A DNA stretch of 45,981 bases. It comes from a virus. Lineage: Duplodnaviria > Caudoviricetes. The DNA is taken from the IMG/VR virus record IMGVR_UViG_3300037851_000058, positions 1 through 45,981 of that record, one strand, 5' to 3'. Position numbers and translations under genes: made by a program. The notes under the pieces were generated by a model. The model saw only the letters and a list, made by a program, of their open reading frames with translations, was not told where the DNA came from and did not search any database. This document shows positions 8,674 to 18,304 of the stretch, one piece after another (position 1 is the first letter of the stretch; each line of letters starts with the position of its first letter).

Positions 8674-9797
8674 TGCCCTATGCCAGCGGATCAGACCCGA
8701 AGCTTCCGGAGTACGTGCGGGCGCTCGGGAGCAACAAGCGGAAGCGGTGGGTCGCGATCTTCAACAATGTCATGAAGCAATCCGGGAGCGAGAAGAAAGC
8801 GTTCGCGGCGGCGAATGCGGTGATCAAGGAGGCGAAGATGTCGAAAAAGAAAAATGAATTTACGCCGTTCCAGTTCGAGTCGGATCTGGCGGAGGCGCTG
8901 GGCGGCTCCGTCGTCGATAAGAGCATGGGCGTGATTGAAGGAGTCGTTCTCCTCACCGGAGAGAAGGTCTCGAAGAACAAGACCTTCTATACCAAAAAGG
9001 CGCTGGCAGAAGCGGTCACCCGCTATGAAGGCGCGAAGATGTTCCTCGACCATCCGAAGCCGGACGAAGGTGAAGTCCGCTCGGTCCGGGACTTCGGGGG
9101 CATATACAAGCGTGTGCGGATAGAAGAAAATAGATTGAAGGCGGATCTACATCTTGTGCCGAACACAGAAATCAGGAACATCGTCATACCGATCGCGGAA
9201 GCGAAGCCGTCGGGGGTGGGACTCTCCATCCGCGACCGAGGTCATGGTCGGGAAGAAGGCGGGGTATTTCTCGTCGAAGGATTCTCGAAAGGGAATGCTT
9301 ATTCCATCGACCTTGTGACTGAGGCGTCGGTCAACGAAACGCTGTACGAATCCACTCAAGGAGGTCAGGACATGGACGAAAAAGAAATCATCGCCAGTCT
9401 GAACCTCGAAAAACTTCAAGAGGGGAACGCGGCTCTCGTGGACGCGATCAAGTCCGCCGAGCGGCAGACCGTAGTGAAGGAGTTCGAGGAGAAGATCAAG
9501 GCAGGGGAAGAAGCGCCGAAGATTCTCGCACAAGCGAAAAAGATGGTCGCTCTGGCAGAGTCCGGGCTCCCGAAGGAAGTCACGGAGAAATTGAAGCCCG
9601 TTATCGAGAAGGCGGAAACGTCCCTCGAGCTGACGGAGAGTTTGATCAAGACGCAGAAAGAACTCATCGAATCGCTGAAACCAGCGCCCGCGAAGACCGA
9701 GCCGGTCGTCAAGGGTCATGGAGCATCGAAGGATGAGCCGTTGAGCGAAGGCGAACTTCCTAAACCGGAAGAACTCGCACAGGCCCTCATCGGATAA
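8673..9797 (+). CDS. ChaB-like domain + prohead protease + scaffold fusion
   Basis: N-term MPY...LPEYVR...WVAIFN...AFAAANA; middle FLDHP, GLSI, SIDLVTEAS; C-terminal charged coiled coil. Confidence 0.8.
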   Translation: MPYASGSDPKLPEYVRALGSNKRKRWVAIFNNVMKQSGSEKKAFAAANAVIKEAKMSKKKNEFTPFQFESDLAEALGGSVVDKSMGVIEGVVLLTGEKVSKNKTFYTKKALAEAVTRYEGAKMFLDHPKPDEGEVRSVRDFGGIYKRVRIEENRLKADLHLVPNTEIRNIVIPIAEAKPSGVGLSIRDRGHGREEGGVFLVEGFSKGNAYSIDLVTEASVNETLYESTQGGQDMDEKEIIASLNLEKLQEGNAALVDAIKSAERQTVVKEFEEKIKAGEEAPKILAQAKKMVALAESGLPKEVTEKLKPVIEKAETSLELTESLIKTQKELIESLKPAPAKTEPVVKGHGASKDEPLSEGELPKPEELAQALIG

Positions 9798-9818
9798 AAC
9801 GACAAGGAGGACAATGCA

Positions 9819-10250
9819 ATGGCTGATAAGTTCAAGTTCGTCCGAGGGGTTGAAACCCTTCAAGCCTTGCCCATTGGTTCCGGGGTCGTCGTTGAAATCG
9901 GGGATCACCTGAAACTCAGCGGCGGGCTCGTGGCTCCAGTGAGCGCGGCAACGGATAACCTCGCCTTCATCGGCGTGGCGCGTGAAGCACATCGCGCGGT
10001 AGATAAAGCAGGGAAGATCACGGTGAGCATTCAGAATGCTTCCGCGATTTTCAAGAATGAGCTGGCGGCTTCTTCGACGTGGGTCGTCGGAGACTTGTTC
10101 CAGCTCTCGGGAGCGCAGAAGCTCGCGAAGAACACCACCGACCCGGTCGCTGTCGCGATGAATGCAGGAACCAACGAAACGGAAGCGGAAGTGCTGTACA
10201 TGCTCCCGAACACCGCCGCTGGCCTGAAATTCGTCGGCGATGCGTCCTAA
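9819..10250 (+). CDS. Capsid decoration/cement protein (putative)
   Basis: Small beta-rich protein between protease and MCP; FIGVA motif; strong SD. Confidence 0.7.
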   Translation: MADKFKFVRGVETLQALPIGSGVVVEIGDHLKLSGGLVAPVSAATDNLAFIGVAREAHRAVDKAGKITVSIQNASAIFKNELAASSTWVVGDLFQLSGAQKLAKNTTDPVAVAMNAGTNETEAEVLYMLPNTAAGLKFVGDAS

Positions 10251-10272
10251 TCTGAGAAGGAGGAACTGAGAA

Positions 10273-11355
10273 ATGCGTGCTCTAATTGACCTCGTGGAAG
10301 CATACGAGCGAAAGCACAACCCCTCCGGGACTCAGGCGGGGGTGCGTGCGGCACATCGAGCCATTGGCGAAGATGTGAAAAAGCTCGTCGAAGAAAAGAA
10401 GCTTGATCCGATGAAGATCAGCTTCAAGGGATTGTTCGAACAACTGGTGGCCGAGAAAGACCTCGAGGAAAATCTTTCCTCGTCGGCTTTCCCAACCATC
10501 GCCGGAGAGATCATCTCCTCGGTGATGATTCAGGCGTATCAAGCGTTCCCGAAGGCTGGGGACAGGCTGGTCCGCACGGTTCCCTCGAGACTCAAGGTGT
10601 CCATGATCGCCGGGTGGAAAGCGATCGGTAAAGTGGCCCAAGTCAACGAGCGCCAGCCATACGGACAGGTGGTTCCGCCGGACGAAAAGACCATCACCAT
10701 CGACAACAAGAAGTACGGTGGGCTGATGGATCTGACGAAGGAAAGCATCTTCTTCGATCAGACTGGCGAACTCATCGACCGGGCCCGTGGGCTCGGCGAA
10801 GAAGGCGCGCGGTTCCGTGATGAAATCATCATGAACACCGTGTGCGACATCAACGGGACAGCTCTTGGCGGAGCCGCGCTCTATTCGGGCGGCAACGACA
10901 ACCTGATCACGACCAACCCCCTCGGGACAACCGGGTGGGAGAACGCGCACGTCGAGCTGTTGGACAAGAAGGACGACAACACCGGGAAGCCGATCTGGGT
11001 TTTCGGTGAGCGTCCGATTATGGTGGTTCCGGCGGGTCTTTATCCGACCGCATGGAAGCTCCAGCAGAACGAATACGGACCGCAGGGGACCGCGAATCTG
11101 GACCGGAACATGGCCCAGAATATGTACGACATCGTGGTCAATCCGTATCTGACGAAAGCGTCAACCGACTGGTTCTATGGCGGATTCAACCGCCAGTTCC
11201 GGTGGGAAGAAGTGTGGCCTCTCGAGGTCTTCACCCGCGTGGGTCAGGACACCGAGGAAGGGTTCAACAAGGACATCATCCAGCAGTTCAAAGTGTCCCT
11301 GTTTGGCGGATGCGGCGCGGTGGATACGCGCTACGTTCTCAAGAACCAAGCCTAA
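10273..11355 (+). CDS. Major capsid protein (Mu gpT-like)
   Basis: SSSAFP, KYGGLMDLTKESIFFD, MVVPAGL, VVNPYL; position; strong SD. Confidence 0.9.
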   Translation: MRALIDLVEAYERKHNPSGTQAGVRAAHRAIGEDVKKLVEEKKLDPMKISFKGLFEQLVAEKDLEENLSSSAFPTIAGEIISSVMIQAYQAFPKAGDRLVRTVPSRLKVSMIAGWKAIGKVAQVNERQPYGQVVPPDEKTITIDNKKYGGLMDLTKESIFFDQTGELIDRARGLGEEGARFRDEIIMNTVCDINGTALGGAALYSGGNDNLITTNPLGTTGWENAHVELLDKKDDNTGKPIWVFGERPIMVVPAGLYPTAWKLQQNEYGPQGTANLDRNMAQNMYDIVVNPYLTKASTDWFYGGFNRQFRWEEVWPLEVFTRVGQDTEEGFNKDIIQQFKVSLFGGCGAVDTRYVLKNQA

Positions 11356-11372
11356 TCACGGAGGATAAAACC

Positions 11373-11642
11373 ATGAAGCGAGTGCTCTTAGCATTCCTTC
11401 TGGCCTTCGGGATGGCTTCGCTGGCGTATGCGGCGGCGACGAAGTTCACGGATGTAGAAGCCCGTGATCTCACCGTCACCCGGACGCTGTCCGTCACCCT
11501 CGGGGTTCCTCTACCCGTCGTGGACGTGGCGGTGACTTCGCCAACCGTGGCTGGCGTTCTGGTTCGCACTTCGGCTTATGTCGTCTATATCTCGACGGCA
11601 ACGGGCGCGGTGTCGAATTGGTCGAAGGTCGGAGGACAGTAA
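11373..11642 (+). CDS. Small protein with Sec-type signal peptide (89 aa)
   Basis: SD GGAGGA; MKRVLLAFLLAFGMASLAYA. Confidence 0.75.
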   Translation: MKRVLLAFLLAFGMASLAYAAATKFTDVEARDLTVTRTLSVTLGVPLPVVDVAVTSPTVAGVLVRTSAYVVYISTATGAVSNWSKVGGQ

Positions 11643-11652
11643 TTCAAGCGAT

Positions 11653-11690
11653 GGGGGAGGGTGGGCTCCACAAGGGGTCCGCCCTCCCCT
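11653..11690 (+). promoter_or_regulatory. Strong RNA hairpin after capsid genes (no U-tract)
   Basis: GGGGAGGGTGGGCTCC-ACAA-GGGGTCCGCCCTCCCC, 16 bp with three G.U pairs. Confidence 0.7.
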
Positions 11691-11713
11691 GCTTCGCCTA
11701 AAGGAGAATTTCT

Positions 11714-12079
11714 ATGGCGGCTGAGATCAAGAAAGTCATCGAGAACAAGGAGTCGTCGGTTTTTCTGTTGACGAACGACGCCGCCTCGGGTGGAGAGTCG
11801 GCGATCACGAAGGTAGATATTTCCACGCTCCCGGGCGCGCCCACGCGCGTGAAGGTCAACCGATTGTGCTGGAGCTTGCGGGATCTCTCGGCGGTGCTTT
11901 ATTACGACCGCTCCTCCGCGATCCGAATCGCCGTCCTTTCTGGGGATGGAGAGCTGGATCTCCCGGAAGGAATCGAGGATACAGGATCAGGCGGGACCGG
12001 GGACATCAAATTGACCACGGTCGGCGCTTCAACGAATTCGACGTACACGATCGTCCTCGGATTCAAGGCTGACGCTTGA
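11714..12079 (+). CDS. Hypothetical protein, probably virion-associated
   Basis: SD AAGGAG; beta-rich; GGTGDIKLTT. Confidence 0.7.
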   Translation: MAAEIKKVIENKESSVFLLTNDAASGGESAITKVDISTLPGAPTRVKVNRLCWSLRDLSAVLYYDRSSAIRIAVLSGDGELDLPEGIEDTGSGGTGDIKLTTVGASTNSTYTIVLGFKADA

Positions 12080-12327
12080 GCATTGACGAACTCTTAGCAC
12101 AGGTCATCTTCTCGGCTTCCGGCAAGGAAGTGCGGATCGCCTATACGACGATCAACACGAAGAAGGTGATCGAATACGTGGGGGTCACGAATGCGGTCAA
12201 CGCCGCGACCTCCGCGCCGTGCTGGTTCATCACGAAGCTCGAATACGATGCCGATCCGTGCGTGATCAGGAGCCGGAGCCTATCGCCGCAGAAGGCGTGG
12301 GACGACCGGGCGACGCTGTTTCCGTGA
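12076..12327 (+). CDS. Hypothetical phage protein
   Basis: TTGA overlap; YVG...TSAPCWFI...WDDRATL pattern. Confidence 0.65.
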   Translation: MSIDELLAQVIFSASGKEVRIAYTTINTKKVIEYVGVTNAVNAATSAPCWFITKLEYDADPCVIRSRSLSPQKAWDDRATLFP

Positions 12328-12330
12328 CCT

Positions 12331-12741
12331 ATGCCATGCGGCTACTCATTCGTCTACAACCCTCTGACCGGGCGGCTCGATCTGGTAGGAACCGGATCGG
12401 GCGGAGGGGGTGACGTGCCGCCGCCGCCTTCCTCGGTGCTGGCGAAATCCATCGCCACCACGGTTCCCTCGGCGATCAAGACGACGGTGGTCACATTCAC
12501 CGCCGCCGCCGATACGTTCATCACCGCGATTTATTGCTCGGGGATGGAATACGGAAAGTGGTATCTGGTGAAGAACTCCACCGATGAGATCATCCAGCGC
12601 GGCGGGCCGGATCGGGATCAAGCGTTCACTTTTCCGAACCCTTGGAAAATCTTGTCAGGCGATGTAATAGACGTGAAGGTGGAGCATTTCGTATCGGGGC
12701 AGACTCCGAATTTCGAGGCTACCATCATGGGGTATATCTGA
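12331..12741 (+). CDS. Hypothetical protein, probably virion-associated
   Basis: YNPLTGRLDLVG, Gly/Pro linker, then beta domain. Confidence 0.7.
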   Translation: MPCGYSFVYNPLTGRLDLVGTGSGGGGDVPPPPSSVLAKSIATTVPSAIKTTVVTFTAAADTFITAIYCSGMEYGKWYLVKNSTDEIIQRGGPDRDQAFTFPNPWKILSGDVIDVKVEHFVSGQTPNFEATIMGYI

Positions 12742-13028
12742 TGGGCGACATCGGATTGAAACAGCAATGGCTCGTATCTCCGACGAAAGAAGTCGAAGAT
12801 ATGTGGCTTGCCGTTCGATTGCAGGAAAAGCGGTCGATGATCAACCGCTACCGTCAGGACATTGAAGACCTCACGAAGGGCCGGATGGTCGAGCTAACAG
12901 CGAAGATCCGAATGCTGGAGCTGGAGATCCGGACTCTAGAGACACAGATCAATTCTTCTCAGGCCGTAGAGACATCGTCCATCGACGCTGAGATCATCCA
13001 ACCTAAAGGAGGACTCTCAAATGGCTGA
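12741..13028 (+). CDS. Coiled-coil hypothetical protein
   Basis: TGATG coupling gives start 12741. Confidence 0.65.
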   Translation: MGDIGLKQQWLVSPTKEVEDMWLAVRLQEKRSMINRYRQDIEDLTKGRMVELTAKIRMLELEIRTLETQINSSQAVETSSIDAEIIQPKGGLSNG

Positions 13029-13947
13029 CGGACATTTCCCTACGCTAGTCTCGAAAGATCGTGATCCAAATGCAGTAGCGAACCCGATGTGGCTCGAGCT
13101 TTCCGACGGAGCGGTCGCCCTTCACAAGGCGGTCGATACGGCGGCTGGCGCGGCTGATTCGGGCGTGGTGCTTCTCGCCCAGCGCGACGACACCCTCTCA
13201 ACGCTGACCCCGGCGGACGGAGATTATGTTGGACTCCGCACCGACGCGAATGGCGCTCTCTGGGTCACGCTGACGGCGGCTGGCAATTCAGAAGTGAAGC
13301 AGGATGACACCGCCTTCACTCCGGCGACGGATTATGTCGGAGTGGCTGGATTCTTCGCGGATGAAACCGCGACGGATCTGGTGGACGAAGGCGATGTGGG
13401 CGCGGCTCGCATGACTCTCGACCGGAAACAGCTCATGGTCTTGGTCGATGCGACAACCGATACGAATCGCCTCGCGATTGACTCGAGCGGATACGCTCAG
13501 GTCGATCTGGCGGCGGTGTCGGTGACAGCGGTTCCAGTTTCGAGAGATGGGAATGCGAACTCCCAGACGAACCCGATCTATGTGCAGGTCGTCACGACCG
13601 CCGTATCGGCTTCGGAAGTCCACTTCTACTCGACAACCGCGAACGTGGCGGCGGATACCGCGACGAACCATGATTACACCGTGACGGGAACGACCTTCCT
13701 GCTCAAGAGCGTGATCTGGGCCAGCTCGGGCGGGAGCAAGGTGGTCATCTCGACGGGGCCGCTGGCCTCGCTGGCGACAATCGCGGTCGGGTTCATTCAG
13801 AAGGCGGGTGGATTCGGACAGATGTTCTTTGATCCTCCTCGCGAAGTCCCGGTCACCTCGACGGGCACGGTGCGAGTGGCGATCACGAACATGCAGGGGC
13901 AGACGCAGGACGTATATAGCACGATCATCGGGAACGACATTCCGTAA
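13021..13947 (+). CDS. Hypothetical structural protein
   Basis: SD AAGGAGG; A/T/D/V-rich 308 aa. Confidence 0.7.
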   Translation: MADGHFPTLVSKDRDPNAVANPMWLELSDGAVALHKAVDTAAGAADSGVVLLAQRDDTLSTLTPADGDYVGLRTDANGALWVTLTAAGNSEVKQDDTAFTPATDYVGVAGFFADETATDLVDEGDVGAARMTLDRKQLMVLVDATTDTNRLAIDSSGYAQVDLAAVSVTAVPVSRDGNANSQTNPIYVQVVTTAVSASEVHFYSTTANVAADTATNHDYTVTGTTFLLKSVIWASSGGSKVVISTGPLASLATIAVGFIQKAGGFGQMFFDPPREVPVTSTGTVRVAITNMQGQTQDVYSTIIGNDIP

Positions 13948-14010
13948 ATAGATTCTGGAGTGGGGGGATAACCAGTCAAAAAACTTCCCTGTTTTTACCG
14001 AGGAGGAATC

Positions 14011-14262
14011 ATGGCAGATCTGAAAGAGGACGGCACGCCGCTGGAGGTCAAGGGAGAAGCAGTTCCTCCTACCGAAACCAGCGTGTCGAAGGAAGAAAAA
14101 GAAATCCCGGCGACGGAAGCGAAGGCGGGAATTGAGCTTCGCCCGAGCTATGTGCAGAGCGGGAACGAGCTGGTCGTCATTGTGAAGATGCTGGAATCTC
14201 TCAACAAGAATCTGGCCTTCCTCGCGACGACGATTCATAAGCACCTAAACCCGGAGAAGTAA
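14011..14262 (+). CDS. Hypothetical protein
   Basis: SD GAGGAGG. Confidence 0.65.
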   Translation: MADLKEDGTPLEVKGEAVPPTETSVSKEEKEIPATEAKAGIELRPSYVQSGNELVVIVKMLESLNKNLAFLATTIHKHLNPEK

Positions 14263-14852
14263 TGGCTGATATCAAGCCCAACGATAAAGACGAGTTCGTA
14301 ATCAGCGATCGGACCTATCCGGACCGATCGCTTGAGATCGACTTGCTCGGGAGATCCACCGCAAGATCGGCGATCCATCATGCCGCCGGAACGCTCAAGG
14401 TTTACAGTACGGCGGTTAATGTAAACCTTCCCACCAGCGGGACTGAGACTCGTATCCTTCTGCTTCGCAATCCATCCGGGAGCGGAAAGACGCTCCGGCT
14501 CCATTCAATCTCTGGGCTTTTAACCAACACGGTTTCAGCGATCGCAATTCTTCGGGCCTATATCGGGCCAACCATCACCGCAACCGGGACCGCCGCGACC
14601 ATCTTCTCGAATGCTCAGGGCGGAGGAGCCGCCGCGACCGCGATGCTGGCCTATTCCGGGCCCACCGCGACCGCTACAGGGAGCCGCATCTCCGGGGCGC
14701 TTCTCCTCAGCGGGACCGCCGGAGGCAGGGAAGTCACCCAGATTTTTGACGGGAGCGTCACGCTGGCGGCGAATCATGATCTTCTGATCACCGGGCAACC
14801 GGACGGGACCAACCGCGCTTCGGAAATCACCGTGACGTGGGTGGAGGAATAA
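14262..14852 (+). CDS. Hypothetical structural protein
   Basis: TAATG coupling; LLRNPSGSGK...TWVEE; Thr/Ala-rich. Confidence 0.7.
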   Translation: MADIKPNDKDEFVISDRTYPDRSLEIDLLGRSTARSAIHHAAGTLKVYSTAVNVNLPTSGTETRILLLRNPSGSGKTLRLHSISGLLTNTVSAIAILRAYIGPTITATGTAATIFSNAQGGGAAATAMLAYSGPTATATGSRISGALLLSGTAGGREVTQIFDGSVTLAANHDLLITGQPDGTNRASEITVTWVEE

Positions 14853-15473
14853 ATGCAGGGAATGGAACTATCGAGCTGGTCCAGTTTTGAAGCGCTGATC
14901 GCAAGCAAGAAATTACTGATGCAGTATGTCGAGACTCCGACCGCCTTCGAGATCTACGCGCCGGAAGCGGACACCTTCTTGTGGCACATCACCCTTCTAA
15001 AAGGGACTTCCGACGGCGACGATTTTGAGAACAACCACAAGGCGACCGCGAATGCTCCGCTTGAGATTAAGGCGGGGCCGGGCCGTCCCCAGCGGGTCTG
15101 TATCAGTCCCCAGCCGGACGGGACCTACTGGCATGAGAAGGGCTATGTCCTCGAATGCGGGGCGAATGATTCCACCGCCGAGCTGATTGTCAGTTTCTCG
15201 GCGAAGGTTTATCTGAATGGCGGAGAGATTGTCTCGCCCAGCGTCGTCGAAGGGGACAAGTTCAAGGGCGAGGTTCAGACCCAGATCGGCGGGAATTGGA
15301 CGACGATCCTCGCGCCGCTCGAGGATATTTACATGCTCCCGAATTTGAAGTCGGTGGTGCGATCGGACGAATGTATGGAAATGCCGACGACCTATCGCTT
15401 GAAGATCACCTTTACCCCGGCGGCGACCGGGACGGCAAAAAAACTTTACGTGAAGCTCGACTATTTTCAATGA
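14853..15473 (+). CDS. Hypothetical protein
   Basis: SD GGAGGA; 206 aa in operon. Confidence 0.7.
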   Translation: MQGMELSSWSSFEALIASKKLLMQYVETPTAFEIYAPEADTFLWHITLLKGTSDGDDFENNHKATANAPLEIKAGPGRPQRVCISPQPDGTYWHEKGYVLECGANDSTAELIVSFSAKVYLNGGEIVSPSVVEGDKFKGEVQTQIGGNWTTILAPLEDIYMLPNLKSVVRSDECMEMPTTYRLKITFTPAATGTAKKLYVKLDYFQ

Positions 15474-15476
15474 CCG

Positions 15477-15962
15477 ATGAATCTCGAACCCGGAGACCTA
15501 CTGTTTTACCCGGACGACGGAAAGTGGAAACACGCGATCTTCGCGAAAGCGCAGGAGTGGGCGGGAGAAATGGGAGAGGTCAAGAGTCCCGGCATGACGC
15601 ACGTAGCGCTGGTGGCGTTTCCATCCGATCTAGGCGTGGACATGAAGTGGCCGAAGCCCGCCTTTCGATTCATGGCGGACGACTCTCGACCGAAGCGGAT
15701 TATGAGACCCGGGTGCGATGAGCGCACGAAGCTACGGGCGATCTATTGGTGCTACATGAACATCGGTGAACATTATTCGTTCGTGGACATGCTCCTCGGA
15801 AAGATGGGGCTGGTCCGGTGCTACAAGGTCTGCTCCGCATGGGTGGATCGGGCCTATAAAGAGGCGGGCTTTCCCTTAACCTCTGAGAGCGACAAGCTGG
15901 TTAGCCCGAACGAATTGTTCAGCTCGAAGCGATTGACGGAGGTGACCGACTATGCCGCTTGA
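15477..15962 (+). CDS. Permuted papain-like NlpC/P60 (YiiX/YaeF-type) enzyme
   Basis: LEPGDLLF, THVAL (His before Cys), VCSAWVDRAY..AG, VSPNEL. Confidence 0.8.
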   Translation: MNLEPGDLLFYPDDGKWKHAIFAKAQEWAGEMGEVKSPGMTHVALVAFPSDLGVDMKWPKPAFRFMADDSRPKRIMRPGCDERTKLRAIYWCYMNIGEHYSFVDMLLGKMGLVRCYKVCSAWVDRAYKEAGFPLTSESDKLVSPNELFSSKRLTEVTDYAA

Positions 15963-16218
15963 TCAAGCTACTCTTGAAGCCCAGCTCACCGCGATTCAGG
16001 CGGCGATTACGACCGCGCTGGCGAATCCTAGACCCAACTGGCAAGTCGGGCACGTGCGGTTCGATCATCAAAATTATTTGAAGTGGCTCTATGACGCTCA
16101 GGATCAGCTCGTCGAACAGCTTCGCTCGATTCCCAGCGAGTCGATCGACACCCACGAAAACAAGATCGACGCATTCGGGCGGGACGGGAACGAATATCAC
16201 CATGAGGAGAACGGATAA
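15952..16218 (+). CDS. Head-tail adaptor (gpW-like, putative)
   Basis: helix-hairpin-helix pattern; first of the joining genes. Confidence 0.6.
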   Translation: MPLDQATLEAQLTAIQAAITTALANPRPNWQVGHVRFDHQNYLKWLYDAQDQLVEQLRSIPSESIDTHENKIDAFGRDGNEYHHEENG

Positions 16219-16586
16219 TGGCCTATCCTCCGCGAGTCGAGATCAGGGCGGAAGCCGCCGCCGAGATCGACGCATGGGCGACCCCTTGCACCGTGAAGCG
16301 GTTCGTCTCCACAACCGATGCTTCCGGGCGAAAGGTCGGGTCTTACGTGACCCAGACGACGACGGAAAAGCTATGGATTCAGCCCGCCGGAGGGTTCGCG
16401 GATACGAAGGACTTCGGAATCGGAGCCGAAACAACGCATCTCGCGTTTCAAAATTATTCAGGGTACGTGCTCGAGGCGAAGGATCGAATCGTGCCCAGCG
16501 GTCAGACTTACGAATACGACGTGCTTCGCGCGCTGGTCTATGAGTCGCACAGGCTGGCGGAGCTGAGGCAAGTCCCGAGGGTTTAG
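16218..16586 (+). CDS. Head closure protein (putative)
   Basis: Size, position, DASG...WIQP...DRI...Y.V pattern. Confidence 0.7.
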   Translation: MAYPPRVEIRAEAAAEIDAWATPCTVKRFVSTTDASGRKVGSYVTQTTTEKLWIQPAGGFADTKDFGIGAETTHLAFQNYSGYVLEAKDRIVPSGQTYEYDVLRALVYESHRLAELRQVPRV

Positions 16587-16587
16587 G

Positions 16588-17043
16588 ATGGCGAAAGAAA
16601 TCGAGGTCAAGGGAGTCGAGCGGGTGGTGAAAAACCTCTCCGATCTCAGCGACCGGACCTTCAAGAATCTGGTGAATGCGGCGGAGGCGGTGCAGGCGAT
16701 GGTGATCAATACCGCCCGGGATCTTGCTCCGAAGGTCACGCACAACCTCGAGAAGTCGATTCAGGCCGGGGATGTGATCGTGAGCGATGGCAATGTCACC
16801 GCCGAGATCATCGCCAACGCCGACTATGCGTCCTATGTCGAGGAAGGGACGCGCCCGCATTTCCCGCCGCTGGAGCCGATCAGGGAGTGGGCCTCACAGG
16901 TTCTCGGCGATCCGGGCGCGGCTTTCCCGATTGCCCGGAAGATTGCGGAGCGCGGGACGAAGGGCGTTCACTTCCTCGAGAATGCCCGCAAGGCGAATGT
17001 GCAGACCTTCATCCGGGCGATTCAAAGGGCGGCGAAATTATGA
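16588..17043 (+). CDS. HK97 gp10-like tail completion protein
   Basis: APKVTHNLEKSI, YASYVEEGTRPH. Confidence 0.85.
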   Translation: MAKEIEVKGVERVVKNLSDLSDRTFKNLVNAAEAVQAMVINTARDLAPKVTHNLEKSIQAGDVIVSDGNVTAEIIANADYASYVEEGTRPHFPPLEPIREWASQVLGDPGAAFPIARKIAERGTKGVHFLENARKANVQTFIRAIQRAAKL

Positions 17044-17471
17044 AAGAAGTCGAGCAACTGGTTTATGCGCGCATGATCGCCGACACCGTGACGGGCGGGC
17101 TCGTCCCGCTTCTCGGGAGCGTCGATCGGATCTTGCACGCCTATCAATCGAACGTTCCGCCAGCGCCGGGGTTGACCTTCCAGATCTGGAACAGCGTCCC
17201 CGGGACTTTGACGGGCGACTTCATCCGCACCCATGAGATTTTTATTCAGTTCAATATCTTCTCGAATAGCTATCCGGACATTGCGTTCCGGCTCAAAAGA
17301 TTGTTCGATGGATACTGCTTTACGGTTCCGGGAAATTATCTCGAGATCGGCGCGGTGTCGTCGGTTTTCGATTGGGAAGACACAGACGGGTTCGACGAAC
17401 AGCTCCAGATACAGCGGAAGGATCTTCGGTTCCGATTCTTCGTTGTACCAAAAGCTCAGAGCCCTATCTAA
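17040..17471 (+). CDS. Tail terminator protein (putative)
   Basis: Start MKEVEQ overlaps previous stop; lies just before tail tube. Confidence 0.7.
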   Translation: MKEVEQLVYARMIADTVTGGLVPLLGSVDRILHAYQSNVPPAPGLTFQIWNSVPGTLTGDFIRTHEIFIQFNIFSNSYPDIAFRLKRLFDGYCFTVPGNYLEIGAVSSVFDWEDTDGFDEQLQIQRKDLRFRFFVVPKAQSPI

Positions 17472-17489
17472 TGCAAGGAGGAAAGAGCC

Positions 17490-18260
17490 ATGAGTGGAAG
17501 TAATGCTAATGCCTACGCCGAATCCCGTCGGCTCCTGCTGGGGCTTGGGGATCTCTACATCAACAATGAGTTCGTGGGAAACTTGAAGGATGCGGTCACG
17601 CTGACGGTCACGCGCGAGTATGCGTACCAGCGCGCGGGGAACAACATCGCTGATCAGAAGGGTGAAGCGACTCGGGAAGAAGTCACGCTTGAGGCGACGA
17701 TCTGCGACTTGAAACTGGCGCAACTTCGCCGCGCCTTCGGAATTGATACCGCCGTGGATGCGACCACCGACAAGGTGATCCGCAATCGCGAGGTCTTGAA
17801 GCTGACCGGGGTCACCTTCACTTCGCCCGCCGAGACAATGGTGAGCGGGTCGATCAAAGTCTGTTCGCTGGATCGCAAGACGGATTATGTCGTGACGACC
17901 GACTGGCTGTTGTCCGGCGGGGATATTCGCCGAGTCTCTGGCGGCGGAATTTCCGACGGGCAGTTCGTCGCTCTGGAGTACAACTTCTCGGATGCTGGCG
18001 CGCAATCGCTGGCCTTCGGCGGAGAAACGAAAGCGCCGAATACGTTCCGGATGGACTTCACGCACAAGGATTCGACCGGGAAGCTCTGGCAGATCACGTT
18101 CTTCAAGGCGATGACGATGACGGAATTCGAGATGGCCTTCAATGAGCGCGAGAGCGGAGACTATACGGTGCACAACATTTCCTTCAAGGCGCTGGTGGAT
18201 ACCACCAAGCCCGAAGGTCAAAATCTGATGGAGATCGTCCAAGAGGACGCGGCTGTTTAA
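17490..18260 (+). CDS. Major tail (tube) protein
   Basis: LLLGLGDLYIN..VGNL; strong SD AAGGAGG; position. Confidence 0.8.
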   Translation: MSGSNANAYAESRRLLLGLGDLYINNEFVGNLKDAVTLTVTREYAYQRAGNNIADQKGEATREEVTLEATICDLKLAQLRRAFGIDTAVDATTDKVIRNREVLKLTGVTFTSPAETMVSGSIKVCSLDRKTDYVVTTDWLLSGGDIRRVSGGGISDGQFVALEYNFSDAGAQSLAFGGETKAPNTFRMDFTHKDSTGKLWQITFFKAMTMTEFEMAFNERESGDYTVHNISFKALVDTTKPEGQNLMEIVQEDAAV

Positions 18261-18304
18261 GAGCTGAACTCCACAAGACTCCGGCAAGGGGGGACGCAAG
18301 AGCC

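Noticed and set aside
11052-11372. Upstream extensions in the ORF track (also 16887, 19165, 19206, 26588, 34775, 39145)
   Set aside because: They overlap real genes; downstream starts have SDs or stop-start coupling.
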